Below are positions 61,865-64,000 of a DNA stretch of 64,000 nucleotides, piece by piece. The DNA is taken from NCBI RefSeq assembly GCF_009914755.1, contig NC_060937.1. One strand, written 5' to 3'. This stretch comes from the human T2T-CHM13v2.0 reference genome, Homo sapiens. The stretch's first letter is position 1. Each line of letters opens with the position of its first letter. Below the pieces are notes generated by a model. The model made no database searches and had not been told where the DNA came from. It was given only the letters and a program-made list of their open reading frames with translations. The position numbers were made by a program, and so were the translations under genes.

Positions 61865-63348
61865 TTGCAGCGGTTCTTAACGTGTAGGTCATGGAGTACA
61901 CTAAGAGTCCCCAAGACTCAGGAAGTGCACAGTCACAACTATTTCATGTTTTCCCAGCACTAAGATACAGTTAGTTATAGTACTATCATCAGACTTTTCT
62001 CTGTATCAACATTCACTACATTTAATGGTGCAAAAGTAATGGCTAGGAAAAGTCCCAGCACTATAGCACAAGCCAAGAGACTTGGGCCCAATTTTTACTA
62101 GTAACCACTGCATTTGTCACATGGATAAAACTGTAGTTTAAAATTTTAAACTATGAATACCTGGAGGAAGCAGTCAAAGTTAATTTTATTAAATCTCTAT
62201 CCATGGGTACATGCTTTTTTCATGTTCTTCACAATAAAACAGGATTTGTCCACAAAGTACATCTGCTGCATTCTGAAGTAGGATGGTTATTTTAAGAAAA
62301 AGCATTCATAATTGAGGTGCATGTTGAATGAAATACTTTTTTCACAGAACAAGGTTTTTATAAGAGACACTATAATTATTGGCTTGAGTATTTGGCGGAT
62401 ATTTTCTATGAGATCAATATGAAGACATGTAACTTCTTTTTAATTTTGTAAAATAAATACATTAGCATTTTGGATAATCTGCTTAGGCCAATGCATCAGT
62501 ATTTTTCTTCTGATTGGTACATAACACTAAAAAATCATGCATGGGTAAAAAATCCATTCAAAATTCAAAGCAGCCCAGCGGATTTCTTTTTTTTTTTTTT
62601 TTTCCTTTGTCAGTCTCACTCTGTTGCCCAGGCTGGGGTGCAATGGCGTGATCTCAACTCATGCAGCCTCTGACTCCCAGATTCAAGCAATCCTCCTGCC
62701 TCAGCCTCAAGGGTAGCTGGAACTATAGGCAGATACCATCACGCCCAGATAATTTTTGTGTTTTTTGTAGAAATGGGGTTTTACCATGTTACTTGGGATG
62801 GTCTTGAACTCCTGAGCTCAAGTGATCCACCTGCCTCAACCCCCCAAAGTGCTGTGATTACAGGTGTGAGCCACCATGCCCAGCCAACCCAATTAATTTC
62901 GATGTAAGAGTACTTTTAAGTTTTACAGTAGTATCAAAAAAATCCACAATTATCTTTAAAGGTTATTAACATACTCCTCCCTTATCACTTCTCCGTATAA
63001 AGTCAGGTCTTCTTTGATGCGTTTTAATTAAAAAGCTTTCTGCAATAGATGGACTGCAAAAGCAAACGTGGGAAGCCAACCATTTTTTATAGAGCAAAAC
63101 AAATTTACAAAACATAAAACAACACCATTCTTCCCACTACACTAAAGGGAACATTAAAAGACATTTGCAAAAATGTACAAGAAAGCGACTCTTAACTCTG
63201 TAACGTTTTCTTTAAAACCTCGCTTTGGCTTATAATATGGTAAATATTGATATAATTCTTTAGCAGGACTTTGGCGCCCTCAATAATTTTTAATAGTGAT
63301 ATGGAAAATTAAAGAAATATGGAAGCCAAAAGGTTTGAGAAGCAATAT
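61865..63348. mobile_element. Charlie1-like hAT transposon fossil interrupted by an antisense Alu (62585-62887)
   Basis: Ends cagcggttcttaacgtgt ... aaaaggtttgagaagc; internal aatggtgcaaaagtaatgg and tgggtaaaaaatccattcaaa resemble Charlie1. Confidence 0.7.
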
Positions 63349-63534
63349 TTTTAAAATCGCAGTCAGTTTTCTTTCATGAAAATATAGAACAGGAAGCTTG
63401 CACTAAGTAAGGTAAATTAACCTAACAAATATTTTCCAAAGTGGCATGGTAAACATGCCACTACTGGCACATGGCACTTTTTGTGCAGAACATGGATATT
63501 TTTCCTTTAATATTTAGTACTTGGGCTATCATGA

Positions 63535-63700
63535 AACAAGGTTAGCATAACCATCCAAAACCCCAAGTGCTCCAAAATCCAAAACTTTTTAAACACCAAC
63601 ACGATGCCCAAAGTGGAAGATTCCATACTTGACCTCATGTGATGGGTCTAAGTCAAAATGTAGGCAAAACTTTCACGCACAAAATTACTTAAAATATTCT
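63535..63700 (+). mobile_element. Tigger4 (MER46/Zombi)-like 5' fragment
   Basis: tgctccaaaatccaaaactttt...aagtggaagattccatacttgacctcatgtgatggg. Confidence 0.7.
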
Positions 63701-63705
63701 ACTGA

Positions 63706-64000
63706 GCCAGGCATAGTGGTTCATGCCTATAATCCCAGCACTTTGGGAGGCTGAGATGCCAATTGCTCGAGCCCAGGAATTCAAGACAAGCCTGTGTCAC
63801 ACAGTGAGACACTGTCTCTTAAAAAAAATTTTTTTTGGACAGACACATAATCCCAGCACTTTGGGAGGCTGAGGCGGATGGATCACGAGGTCAAGAGATC
63901 AAGACCATCCTAGCTAACACGGTGAAACCCCGTCTCTACTAAAAATACAAAAAAATTAGCTGGGCATGGTGGAGGGCACCTGTAGTCCCAGCTACTCGGG
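63706..64000 (+). mobile_element. Alu left monomer followed by a second Alu running off the window
   Basis: Alu consensus. Confidence 0.9.

Overview
Primate (almost certainly human) genomic DNA, Alu-rich, with two convergent genes whose 5' parts lie outside the window. On the + strand are the last nine coding exons of MPHOSPH8 (MPP8, HUSH subunit; 7071-19940). They splice in frame through GT-AG introns to about 335 codons of ankyrin repeats plus C-terminal domain, ending ...GAYRVQLQ*, with a 3'UTR to about 21510. On the - strand are the last three coding exons of PSPC1 (paraspeckle DBHS protein; 57686-51261, ending ...GPNKRRRY*). A distal alternative PSPC1 module adds an exon at 25899-25800 encoding GDKRKCG* and a terminal exon from 23729 to about 22810, ending roughly 1.3 kb from MPHOSPH8. 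The rest is about 40 Alu copies or fragments, an internally deleted L1PA-type element with both ends (203-2558), old L1M/L2/MIR pieces, Tigger/MER/Charlie DNA-transposon fossils and small tandem duplications. Most ORFs in the track are Alu/L1 artefacts, and there is no prokaryotic-type system, CRISPR, tRNA or rRNA. The best leads are RNA-processing hypotheses: (1) an inverted Alu pair in the MPHOSPH8 3'UTR split by a proximal poly(A) signal; (2) a sense L1 promoter with intact YY1 site and splice donor inside the L1-silencing gene; (3) a 170-nt AG-exclusion zone with a distant branch point at the PSPC1 last exon; (4) an NMD-predicted PSPC1 distal isoform. Gene and repeat names come from recognition of the sequence, not a database search, and repeat boundaries are approximate.
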